From an uncultured Lentisphaeria bacterium (GTDB lineage Bacteria; Verrucomicrobiota; Lentisphaeria; JABSQK01; JAJFLO01), in NCBI GenBank assembly GCA_951812855.1, contig OX638337.1, positions 1,560,001 through 1,592,000 on the forward strand: 32,000 nucleotides of DNA, in the 5' to 3' direction. The notes under the pieces were generated by a model. The model did not search any database, was not told the DNA's origin, and was given only the letters and a program-made list of their open reading frames with translations. The position numbers and the translations under genes are program-made. Numbering within the stretch: the first letter of the stretch is position 1; the number at the start of each line of letters is the position of its first letter. Positions 7,768 through 16,136 of this stretch are shown in pieces.

Positions 7768-9705
7768 ATGTCAGAACCTATTTTTAAACCGATAAAAGAG
7801 TTTCAGGCTCAATCTTTTGTAAACAGTTTTGATCAATATAAATCATTATATGAAGAGAGCATAACAGATCTTGATGGATTATGGGAAAAAATAGCGAAAG
7901 AATATGTCACATGGTCCAAGCCGTTTTCCAGGGTGAAGGAGTACAATTATCACGATGCAGATATCAAATTCTATATAGATGGCAAGACTAATGTCAGTTA
8001 TAACTGTCTGGACAGGCATCTTGAAACACGTGGTGATCAAATTGCAATAATCTGGGAAGGTAATGAGCCTGGAGTTGATAAAAAGATAACATATAAACAG
8101 CTTCATCATGATGTTTGCCAGTTCGCAAATGTATTGAAGTCAAATAATGTAAAAAAAGGAGATCGGGTTACGATATATATGCCGATGATTCCTGAACTCA
8201 CAATTGCAATGCTGGCATGTGCACGTATTGGTGCAATTCATTCTATTGTTTTTGGTGGATTCTCTGCGGATTCGCTTAGGGGAAGAATTATTGACTGCCG
8301 GTCAGACACTGTCATCACATCAGATCAATTGTTACGGGGTAGTAAAATTATCCCCATGAAAGAGACCGTTGACAGTGCTGTTGAAGATCTGGATTTCGTA
8401 CAATCAGTATTCGTCTTTAAACGAACCGGTAGTGAGATCCCCTGGACAGATGGGCGCGATAAATGGTGGCATGACGAAATGTCTGTTGCAGAGACGAACT
8501 GTTCAGCAGAAGAAATGGACGCTGAAGACCCGCTTTTTATTCTCTATACTTCTGGTTCAACTGGTAAACCTAAGGGGGTAATGCATACCACTGGAGGCTA
8601 CAACGTATACACAGCGTTTACCCATAAATTAATATTTGATTACCACGATGGAGATATTTATTGGTGCACAGCTGATATTGGCTGGGTAACTGGACATTCA
8701 TATATCGTTTATGGTCCACTGACTAACGGAGCCACCACAATAATGTTTGAAGGGATACCCACATATCCAGATCCTGGTCGATTTTGGCAAATTGTGGATA
8801 AGTGGCAGGTCAATACGATATACACTGCACCCACGGCGATCAGAGCCCTGGCAAAGGCGGGGTTGAATTATGTTAAACCCTATAAGCTGGACAGTTTAAA
8901 ATTACTCGGGACAGTAGGAGAACCGATAAATCCTGAAGCCTGGATGTGGTATTGGGAAAATATTGGAAAAAAACGATGCCCGATTGTTGATACCTGGTGG
9001 CAAACTGAAACGGGTGGTATTCTTATCTCTCCGCTGCCGGGAGCAGTTCCTCAAAAACCGGGTTCTGCGACATTGCCATTTATTGGTATTAAACCTGTAA
9101 TTCTTGAACCTGAAAATGGCAGGGAATTGGAAGGTGAATGTCAGGGGGTATTGGCATTTAAGGATCCATGGCCGTCTCAAATGAGAGGTGTTTATGGAGA
9201 CAAATCTCGATTTAAGGAAACCTACTTTGTCCAGTATCCCGGATACTATTTTACAGGTGATGGTTGTCGAAGGGATGCAGACGGATATTATTGGATCACG
9301 GGTCGGGTCGACGATGTCATTAATATATCCGGGCATCGGCTGGGCAGTGCTGAGGTCGAGAGTGCACTTGTCTTGCATAACGATGTTGCTGAAGCAGCGG
9401 TTGTGGGCTCTCATCATGATATAAAAGGCCAGGGAATATATGCGTTTGTGATTTTGAATGAAGGGATTGTCGGGAACGATGAATTGCATAATGAATTAGT
9501 GCAGTTAGTCCGAAAGGAAATCGGGCCTGTTGCATCGCCGGATGTCATTCAATTTACTCCAGGTCTTCCAAAAACACGTTCAGGGAAGATTATGAGGAGG
9601 ATTTTACGGAAAATTGCAGATGATCAAATTGATGAGATTGGAGATGTTTCAACTTTGGCAGATCCGAGTATTGTAACTGAACTCGTTAAAAACGCAACGG
9701 CATGA
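7768..9705 (+). CDS. acs: acetyl-CoA synthetase
   Basis: 645 aa. AMP-binding signature [21 protein letters not shown]-terminal [27 protein letters not shown] upstream of the ATG. Confidence 0.97.
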   Translation: MSEPIFKPIKEFQAQSFVNSFDQYKSLYEESITDLDGLWEKIAKEYVTWSKPFSRVKEYNYHDADIKFYIDGKTNVSYNCLDRHLETRGDQIAIIWEGNEPGVDKKITYKQLHHDVCQFANVLKSNNVKKGDRVTIYMPMIPELTIAMLACARIGAIHSIVFGGFSADSLRGRIIDCRSDTVITSDQLLRGSKIIPMKETVDSAVEDLDFVQSVFVFKRTGSEIPWTDGRDKWWHDEMSVAETNCSAEEMDAEDPLFILYTSGSTGKPKGVMHTTGGYNVYTAFTHKLIFDYHDGDIYWCTADIGWVTGHSYIVYGPLTNGATTIMFEGIPTYPDPGRFWQIVDKWQVNTIYTAPTAIRALAKAGLNYVKPYKLDSLKLLGTVGEPINPEAWMWYWENIGKKRCPIVDTWWQTETGGILISPLPGAVPQKPGSATLPFIGIKPVILEPENGRELEGECQGVLAFKDPWPSQMRGVYGDKSRFKETYFVQYPGYYFTGDGCRRDADGYYWITGRVDDVINISGHRLGSAEVESALVLHNDVAEAAVVGSHHDIKGQGIYAFVILNEGIVGNDELHNELVQLVRKEIGPVASPDVIQFTPGLPKTRSGKIMRRILRKIADDQIDEIGDVSTLADPSIVTELVKNATA

Positions 9706-9958
9706 TTGAAATTCGGGAAGTATCTTTATAGCTCTCAAAATCAGCAGGTGCATTTGCACCTTGCAACACCCCTGAGACATCCATTAATTTTGCTTCTTCC
9801 ATGGTTGAAATGGTTAGAAGTAAAACGAAGAAACAGAGTAATAGAGACATCGCGTCTCTCATCGTCATCATCCATTCGGGGCATGTCAGTTCCGCTTTTT
9901 TTCTTTTGGGGGGTGGTTCTTCTTCGGTTTCCAATGATGTCGGACAGTCTTTGGTCAT
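9686..9958 (-). pseudogene. MotB/OmpA-type stator protein, N-terminal fragment only
   Basis: The 90-aa ORF contains CPEWMMTMRDAMSLLLCFFVLLLTIS. This matches the conserved MotB N-terminal TM/plug pattern (PEWM.T..D.M.LLL.FFVLLL). The whole peptidoglycan-binding C-terminal domain is missing, and the ORF reads 20 nt into the antisense of the acs 3' end. Confidence 0.45.
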
Positions 9959-10047
9959 AGATTAAATTGAATATTACTAAACAGAAATCAGATGATTGTA
10001 AGACGTTTTCGAAAGGACGTTAAGCTTCCTCTTTTATTTTAAGTCGA

Positions 10048-10293
10048 TCATCCGGGCAGAGAAAGACCTTTAATTTTTCTCCAACGATTTTTGGGCTGTC
10101 TCCTGCATGTACTGATAAAATTCCACTTAACAGCATTTAAGGTTTTTTGGGTGACGTTGAATACGGCCTTTACTTTATCAAGAGGAAAGGCAATCGATAT
10201 TGCCGCAACTGTACCGCCCAGTGTTACACATGTGGAAGGAATATCGACAAATGATCCAGCCGATCCACCGGCAACGATCGGAATTTACTTCAT
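10048..10293 (-). pseudogene. MotA/PomA-type proton-channel protein, N-terminal fragment with in-frame stop
   Basis: My translation is ATG AAG TAA, then IPIVAGGSAGSFVDIPSTCVTLGGTVAAISIAFPLDKVKAVFNVTQKTLNAVK... This closely follows the MotA/PomA N-terminus (GG..G.F.D.PS..I..GGT.AA..I.FPL..L...F). It ends after ~78 codons, so about 170 codons of a normal MotA are absent. Confidence 0.5.
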
Positions 10294-10315
10294 ATAAGGT
10301 TTAAGCTATTGGGAT

Positions 10316-10361
10316 CTGTTATAATAAATAGAAATGTAATTCAAATGTAATATTATAACAG
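10316..10361. promoter_or_regulatory. 11-bp perfect inverted repeat (CTGTTATAATA / TATTATAACAG) flanking two AAATGTAAT direct repeats
   Basis: Arms at 10316-10326 and 10351-10361. The 24-bp spacer holds AAATGTAAT at 10332-10340 and 10343-10351 (11-bp phasing). The element lies between the motA relic and yjbQ. Confidence 0.3.
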
Positions 10362-10434
10362 AACTCAAGGAAACAATCAGAGTCCGTTCAAAACGCTCTC
10401 ATAACTTAACAACAATTATTTCAATAGGAATTGT

Positions 10435-10869
10435 ATGAATTGGTACCAAACATCGTTCAAATTAGCCCCAAAACCCCGTGGGTTTCATTTAGTTACAAAC
10501 GAAATATTAAATCATATCAGTGACATTTCAGCGTTTAAAATTGGAACTGCTCATATTTTTATTTGTCATACTTCAGCCTCGTTAACATTAAATGAAAATG
10601 CATCGCCAGATGTGCGACAGGATATGGAATGTCATTTTAATGCGGCTGTTCCTGAAAACGCGTCATTTTATACTCATATTTTTGAAGGTCCGGATGATAT
10701 GCCTGCACACATTAAGTCAACATTAATCGGGAATAGTATTTTGATACCGATTACCAACGGCAGGTTTAATTTAGGTACCTGGCAGGGAATATATCTTTGT
10801 GAACATAGAGATTCAGGAGGTGCACGAAAAATAGTTGCAACACTGTCAGGAGCATCTAATAAGGATTAA
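10435..10869 (+). CDS. yjbQ: YjbQ/UPF0047 family protein (secondary thiamine-phosphate synthase enzyme)
   Basis: 144 aa. Family pattern HTSASLTLNENASPDV, PAHIKSTL, NGRFNLGTWQGIYLCEHRD. Confidence 0.88.
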   Translation: MNWYQTSFKLAPKPRGFHLVTNEILNHISDISAFKIGTAHIFICHTSASLTLNENASPDVRQDMECHFNAAVPENASFYTHIFEGPDDMPAHIKSTLIGNSILIPITNGRFNLGTWQGIYLCEHRDSGGARKIVATLSGASNKD

Positions 10870-10921
10870 CAGCAGACAATCACAAGAAATATTTTTTTTA
10901 AGGAACGAATTATAATTTTTC

Positions 10922-11518
10922 ATGTCAAACGAAGAGAATAATCAGGATAAATCGGATAGAGAACTGATTACCTTAATCATCGATGGCGATATGGATGCAA
11001 TGGGTGATTTGATGGCACGGCATTCGTCAAAAGCCTACCAGATCAGCTATTCAATTCTCGGAAATAAAAATGATGCTGAAGAAGTAACTCAAGATGCATT
11101 TATCAAGGTTTATAGAGCATTGGCAAATTTTAGAGGAGATTCTGAATTTTCAACATGGATGTATCGTATTGTTGTTAATCAGGCACGAAATAAATATCGA
11201 TGGAACAAACGGCGTGGATCTCAGGTAAATATAAGTATAGATAAAGATACGGAAACAGATGATGGATCAAGTATTCCGTTTGATTTACCAGATACCGGTA
11301 AAAAACCTGACCATGAGATAATTTTTAAAGAATGGGAAGGTGAAATTGCCGAGGAAATCAAAAAACTCCCTGCTGTAAATCGTGAGGCTTTGATGCTAAG
11401 AAATGTCAAACATCTTTCTTATGAACAAATCGCTGAATTGCTGGATTGCAAAATTGGTACCATAAAGTCAAGAATCGCACGTGCTCGAGAAGAACTGAGA
11501 AAGCGGGTGAGCAGGTAA
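10922..11518 (+). CDS. ECF-type RNA polymerase sigma factor (sigma-70 family, group 4)
   Basis: Region 2 (DAEEVTQDAFIKVYRALANFRGDSEFSTWMYRIVVNQARN) and region 4 HTH (LSYEQIAELLDCKIGTIKSRIARAREEL). Confidence 0.9.
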   Translation: MSNEENNQDKSDRELITLIIDGDMDAMGDLMARHSSKAYQISYSILGNKNDAEEVTQDAFIKVYRALANFRGDSEFSTWMYRIVVNQARNKYRWNKRRGSQVNISIDKDTETDDGSSIPFDLPDTGKKPDHEIIFKEWEGEIAEEIKKLPAVNREALMLRNVKHLSYEQIAELLDCKIGTIKSRIARAREELRKRVSR

Positions 11519-11580
11519 AGGCAAATAGAATTATCGTGTAATTAAATGATATCGATCAATAACTTGTATTAATATTTATT

Positions 11581-12555
11581 ATGGAAAAGAAGATAAAAAT
11601 GAAAAATGATTGCCCATTTTTTGATGATTTGAGTGCGTGGTATGATAAGGAAATATCAGATAACTTCCAGGCTCATGTTGATGAATGCGATGAGTGCCTG
11701 GAGACGTTAAAGAGCTTTGAATCCTACGACCGTTTAATTACCACCAATGTTGCTGCTAACTCAATTCAATTGGAACAAATTAAGAATAATTGTTTGGAAG
11801 AACTGAGTAAGGAACACACGAGCGATTCACCAATATTGCCGATTCCTATTTGGGTAAAAATCGCAGCATGTGCCATGCTCATAGGTCTAATTGTTGTTCT
11901 AAATGATCAGACTGATAATCTCGATTCAAATCAAATAGTACATGCTCCGGTGGCCGCCCCTGTTGGTGGCAGTGATGGTCAACAAAGTGAAATTACCAAT
12001 GATGCAATAAAAGAGGGAGATAATCTATTTCATAATGTCAAGGATGTGGATAAACCAAATGTGGTTAAGGAAGAAATGACGGAAGTAATCGCCGGCAGGA
12101 AAATGCATAAAGCTGAAGCACCAGATTTATTGACAAAACAGCATAATAATATGGGGAAGAGTCAGTTGGCTTTGCCTTCAATGCAACTTGTCGGATTTGG
12201 CTATGACGGTGCTAAACGATCTGGAAGTTCAAGAATACTGAATGTCAAAAATGATAATGTTGCTGATTATGTTCATCATGTATGGTTGGTGAAAGATCCT
12301 TCAGTACCATTACAGACATTAAAAAAGATATTACCAAATCAGAGAGGTGTGCTGGATGAATTGATTAGCGAATACCAGGATCGATATCATCTTCAGTTCA
12401 ATATCGTTGATAGAAACCTTCAAATTTTAGTCGATCATTTTGATGAATTGGGATTTCAATTACTTCGCCCCGACAATCCACAGCCTGGGTCCGATAATGC
12501 GGTTAAGTTTGCTGACAAATTTGTAAAATACGATGTTGATTTTGTAAAAGAATAA
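11581..12555 (+). CDS. anti-sigma factor, zinc-finger (HxxxCxxC) type, single TM, ~220-aa extracytoplasmic domain of unknown fold
   Basis: Directly downstream of the ECF sigma gene. N-terminal HVDECDEC motif. One TM helix (IWVKIAACAMLIGLIVVL). Confidence 0.7.
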   Translation: MEKKIKMKNDCPFFDDLSAWYDKEISDNFQAHVDECDECLETLKSFESYDRLITTNVAANSIQLEQIKNNCLEELSKEHTSDSPILPIPIWVKIAACAMLIGLIVVLNDQTDNLDSNQIVHAPVAAPVGGSDGQQSEITNDAIKEGDNLFHNVKDVDKPNVVKEEMTEVIAGRKMHKAEAPDLLTKQHNNMGKSQLALPSMQLVGFGYDGAKRSGSSRILNVKNDNVADYVHHVWLVKDPSVPLQTLKKILPNQRGVLDELISEYQDRYHLQFNIVDRNLQILVDHFDELGFQLLRPDNPQPGSDNAVKFADKFVKYDVDFVKE

Positions 12556-12644
12556 TTAAGTTGCAACCCTATCGTTCAGAATGCCCTGCTTCAATTCTGC
12601 ATATCTCATTAACGTTGTTAAGTCAATATTTAGAACAGGCAATA

Positions 12645-13088
12645 CTAATTTTTACTTTCTACCAGGATTGTGACCGGACCGTCATTCACGATGTTAACAA
12701 TCATGTGCGTGCCAAAAACACCCGTTGAAACCCTTAAATTGTATTTATTAAGCATCATTACAAATTGTTCATACAAGGGTTGTGAATGTTCCGGTGGTGC
12801 TGCATTTATAAAATTGGGACGTCGACCTTTGCGGCAATCAGCATATAATGTAAACTGTGAGACGATTAAAAGGTCGGCGTTTATGTCAATCGCAGATAAG
12901 TTGAATTTTCCTTCTGCATCACTGAATATTCGCAAATTGACACATTTATCGGCTAAATACTTCGCGTCTTCGGTCGTATCCTCACATTGAATTCCCAGAA
13001 GTATAACCAATCCAATATCTATCTCTGAAATTATTTTTCCATCTACCGTAACGTTTCCTGATTGCACTCTCTGTATTAAAGCTTTCAT
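12645..13088 (-). CDS. dtd: D-aminoacyl-tRNA deacylase
   Basis: 147 aa. MKALIQRV start, SQFTLYADCRKGRRP signature. Confidence 0.95.
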   Translation of the reverse strand: MKALIQRVQSGNVTVDGKIISEIDIGLVILLGIQCEDTTEDAKYLADKCVNLRIFSDAEGKFNLSAIDINADLLIVSQFTLYADCRKGRRPNFINAAPPEHSQPLYEQFVMMLNKYNLRVSTGVFGTHMIVNIVNDGPVTILVESKN

Positions 13089-13206
13089 ATAAGATTGAAA
13101 TTTGGTTTGGAAAATAATTAACAGGCCTGAAATTCTATTTTCGCAATATCAAAACACTGCGTGGATAAAGGTATACAAAACGTTATAAACGTTAAACAGA
13201 CACCAA

Positions 13207-13560
13207 CTATATATCCATGCCCAATTCAAGCCGTGTGGCTTCATTAATACAGTCCATAGACCACGGGGGTTCCCAAACAACATCAACATTGACATTCGTT
13301 ACTCCGTCCAGCCCCGCAAGGGTATATTTTACTTCTTCAAGTAACTGTGGACCATAAGGACATGCCGGTGTGGTAAAGGTCATCTCCAAATCTAATTTCC
13401 CATTGTTATTTTGGACTGTATAAATCAATCCTAAATCAACAATGCTGATACCCAGGTCGGGATCTTGAATAGGATGAAGAATCTCTAAAATTTCATCTTT
13501 GGTTAGACGACAGGTTTCCTGGTCTTTCGATTGATCATCATCCGATTTGGAATAAAACAT
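13207..13560 (-). CDS. sufT: DUF59/MIP18-family Fe-S assembly protein (SufT-like)
   Basis: 117 aa. DPDLGISIVDLGLIY and TTPACPYG motifs. Last gene of the suf cluster. Confidence 0.85.
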   Translation of the reverse strand: MFYSKSDDDQSKDQETCRLTKDEILEILHPIQDPDLGISIVDLGLIYTVQNNNGKLDLEMTFTTPACPYGPQLLEEVKYTLAGLDGVTNVNVDVVWEPPWSMDCINEATRLELGMDI

Positions 13561-13615
13561 AACGTCATCCTCAATTTTTTTTAAGAGTTAAATATTTTAG
13601 CGTAAAGCGAGAAAA

Positions 13616-14030
13616 TCATTGTATCTGTGGATTAATTCTTTTTTTTAAAAAAGATGCTGGCGTAACACTATATATAAAGTTTACCAATTGATCATGAAAA
13701 TGAAAAATGGGTTCTTTAATATTACAATTCCTCTCATGGTGACAGACATAATTTTCACAGGTTCACCGAGTGATATGGATTGGTCCATCTGTGGCTTCAA
13801 TAACATCACCCATTACGATATCTGCCAGGCTTTTTTTCAGCTTGTAATTACTTTTTACTCCTTGAGTTGATAGCTCTGGCCAGTGCCTGGAGAACTCTTC
13901 CTGAAGCGTCACATGAAATGTGATATTTATCAGAAATTTCTCTGGAGTTTGTGACATCGTCTGATTTCAATTTAGCAATATGCAGCAGTGCAATTAATCC
14001 ATATTCAATTTTCTTGTTTAATTTAATCAT
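13616..14030 (-). pseudogene. Rrf2-family (IscR-like) transcriptional regulator, interrupted by one frameshift and one in-frame TGA
   Basis: Three collinear pieces. (1) 14030-13851: MIKLNKKIEYGLIALLHIAKL...REISDKYHIS...VLQALARA (Rrf2 wHTH). (2) In the +1 frame: LSTQGVKSNYKLKKSLADIVMGDVIEATDGPIHITR, then TGA at 13763-13765. (3) In the same frame as piece 2: TCENYVCHHERNCNIKEPIFHFHDQLVNFIYSVT..., stop at 13616-13618. Together about 137 codons, normal Rrf2 length. The ATG lies 5 nt after the sufU stop. Confidence 0.7.
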
Positions 14031-14035
14031 AGTTG

Positions 14036-14488
14036 CTACTCCGTTGAAATCGTCTGATGAGCCCCGTTAAGTGCAGCATGCAGTGTATGCCATGCAAGTG
14101 TTGCACATTTTATTCGCATGGGAAATTGAGAAATACCGGACAAGGCCGCGAGATTACCCTGTTTCAGGATATCGTCTTTATCTTTTATTTTACCGGTCAG
14201 CATATCATGAGCCGCGTGGAAAACAGCTTCAGCCTCTAATTTGGTCTTCCCTTTTAACTTGTCTGTCATTATTGATGCGGATGCCTTTGAAATGGCACAG
14301 CCTGAACCGGTAAAACTGATATCTTCAATGATATCATCTTTGATACAGAGGTAAATCGTCAGTTTGTCTCCGCACAATGGATTGTAACCCTCAAGGTGTT
14401 GTGTTGGATTTTCCATCTGCTTAAAATTTCTGGGTGATTTATTATGATCTAAAATCATTTCCTGATATATATCATTCAAATTTGACAT
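14036..14488 (-). CDS. sufU: SUF-system NifU/IscU-like Fe-S scaffold / sulfur acceptor
   Basis: 150 aa. YNPLCGD, GSGCAISKASAS and IKCATLAW motifs (the three conserved Cys of SufU/IscU). Confidence 0.9.
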   Translation of the reverse strand: MSNLNDIYQEMILDHNKSPRNFKQMENPTQHLEGYNPLCGDKLTIYLCIKDDIIEDISFTGSGCAISKASASIMTDKLKGKTKLEAEAVFHAAHDMLTGKIKDKDDILKQGNLAALSGISQFPMRIKCATLAWHTLHAALNGAHQTISTE

Positions 14489-14646
14489 TACCCCCTCTTG
14501 CTTATGTATTTTTTACTCTCAGACTTATCTGTTTTTGATCTGTCGTCCAGTCTGGAAAACAGTCTTTATGAAAGGTGCAAATTTTAGAGTTTCAAATCCT
14601 GTTTTCAATATTCATATTGGCTGTTTTTAATTTTGTAAATCATTCA

Positions 14647-15885
14647 TTAGCTAAAAATCCTGAATAGATTTGGAATTGATTCTGCAAAATAATCAATTTC
14701 ACTTTTCGTATTATAAAACGCCAATGAAACTCTGGCAGTGGCGGTAAGCCCTAATCTTTCCATTAAAGGCTGAGTACAGTGATGCCCTGCACGAATAGCG
14801 ATTCCATTATGATCTAATATTGTGCCAATATCATGAGGATGAATATCCCCGCACAAAAAAGAGATTACGGCAGTTTTATCGGCAGCAGTGCCAATGATTT
14901 TTAATCCATCAATATTAGACAACGTGTTTGTTGCGTACTTAAAGAGGTCATGTTCATAATGAGCAATTACATCCAGTCCAATCGTATTGATGTAGTCTAC
15001 TGCGGCACCGAGACCGACGACACCGGCAATATTGGGAGTTCCTGCTTCAAATTTATTTGGTAAAACATTATAAGTTGTTTTTTTAAATGATACTGAACGA
15101 ATCATATCACCTCCACCTTGATAAGGCGGCATTTTTTCTAATAAATGTTTCTTGCCATATAAAACTCCAATTCCAGTTGGACCATATAGTTTGTGACCGG
15201 AAATTGTATAAAAATCACAGTCTAAATCCTGAACGTCGACCATCATGTGAGACGTGGATTGAGCACCATCAACAAGAACTGGAATTTCATGTTCATGGGC
15301 TTTATGTATAATTTGCTTAATGGGATTGATCGTTCCCAGAGAATTAGAGATGTATACGATAGAAATGAACTTTGTTCGTGGACAAATTAATTTTTCAAAT
15401 TCGTCGAGTAATAATTCTCCTTTATCATTTATCGGTATAACTCGGAGTTTTAATTTTTTTTCATCGCATAGTTGCTGCCAGGGAACGATGTTTGAGTGAT
15501 GTTCCATTTCTGATAAAATAATCTCATCGCCTTCCTCAAGGAACTGCCTGCCGTAGCTGTTGGCGACGAGATTAATTGCTTCGGTTGTACCGCGAACATA
15601 AATAATCTCATCGGATTCCTTCGCATTGAGAAATGTTTTGACTTTCTCCCTGGTTTTTTCATAAATTGCTGTCGCCGTTTCGCTAAGTGTATGAACGCCT
15701 CTGTGGATATTTGCGTTATCATATTTGTAATATTGGCATACAGCATCAATGACTTTTTCAGATTTTTGTGTCGTTGCTGCGTTGTCAAAATAGATCAGTG
15801 GTTTTCCATTTATTTTTTTTGATAAAATCGGAAAATCACGTCTTATTTGATTAACATCAAACGGGGTTTGTGGAATTTTTTTCAT
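14647..15885 (-). CDS. sufS: cysteine desulfurase, SufS subfamily
   Basis: PLP-dependent class V aminotransferase. NAATTQK, HRGVH, SGHKLYGPTGIGVLYG (PLP lysine), RAGHHCTQP (active-site Cys). Start taken at Met27 (MKKIPQTPFD, 15883-15885). Confidence 0.93.
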   Translation of the reverse strand: MKKIPQTPFDVNQIRRDFPILSKKINGKPLIYFDNAATTQKSEKVIDAVCQYYKYDNANIHRGVHTLSETATAIYEKTREKVKTFLNAKESDEIIYVRGTTEAINLVANSYGRQFLEEGDEIILSEMEHHSNIVPWQQLCDEKKLKLRVIPINDKGELLLDEFEKLICPRTKFISIVYISNSLGTINPIKQIIHKAHEHEIPVLVDGAQSTSHMMVDVQDLDCDFYTISGHKLYGPTGIGVLYGKKHLLEKMPPYQGGGDMIRSVSFKKTTYNVLPNKFEAGTPNIAGVVGLGAAVDYINTIGLDVIAHYEHDLFKYATNTLSNIDGLKIIGTAADKTAVISFLCGDIHPHDIGTILDHNGIAIRAGHHCTQPLMERLGLTATARVSLAFYNTKSEIDYFAESIPNLFRIFS

Positions 15886-16136
15886 TATTGAAATGAATTT
15901 AAGAGTGATTAGACGGTTATAGCTAAACTGTACAGACGGAACTTTCCTGTGAAAGTTCAACATGCTATAGAAAACAATCGAATTGCAGTCCCCTGTTCAG
16001 TCTGATTTAGCTTAGTATTCTATTCAGAAAGAACTCTGGGCAGTGTTGTTTCCTTTGAGTCGTTGAATTTTATGCTTTTTACGTGATGCAATTACTATGG
16101 ACTAATACTAAATGATAACTCAAAATTACTAAACTG

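Noticed and set aside
8902-9535. 195-aa and 71-aa minus-strand ORFs, plus smaller plus-strand ORFs, inside acs
   Set aside because: Antisense or off-frame to an unambiguous acetyl-CoA synthetase. The translations are R/F/C-rich nonsense.
9686-10293. MotA/MotB-like fragments considered as ZorA/ZorB of a Zorya defence system
   Set aside because: The MotA-like piece matches the compact flagellar-stator/PomA N-terminus rather than a long-tailed ZorA. No ZorC/D-like genes are nearby, and both genes are mere fragments.
13763-13765. TGA in the Rrf2 gene read as selenocysteine or as a reassigned sense codon
   Set aside because: TGA clearly terminates other genes here (the GHKL ATPase, acs). The same gene also has a frameshift, and I found no convincing SECIS-like hairpin. 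Retained only as an alternative to exclude within the Rrf2 finding.
13688-13870. 60-aa plus-strand ORF
   Set aside because: It lies antisense to the recognisable Rrf2 pseudogene segments.
15886-15963. 26-codon N-terminal extension of sufS, and the 112-aa off-frame ORF at 15450-15788
   Set aside because: The conserved SufS N-terminus begins at MKKIPQTPFD, and the extension has no homology pattern. The 112-aa ORF is an alternative frame inside sufS.
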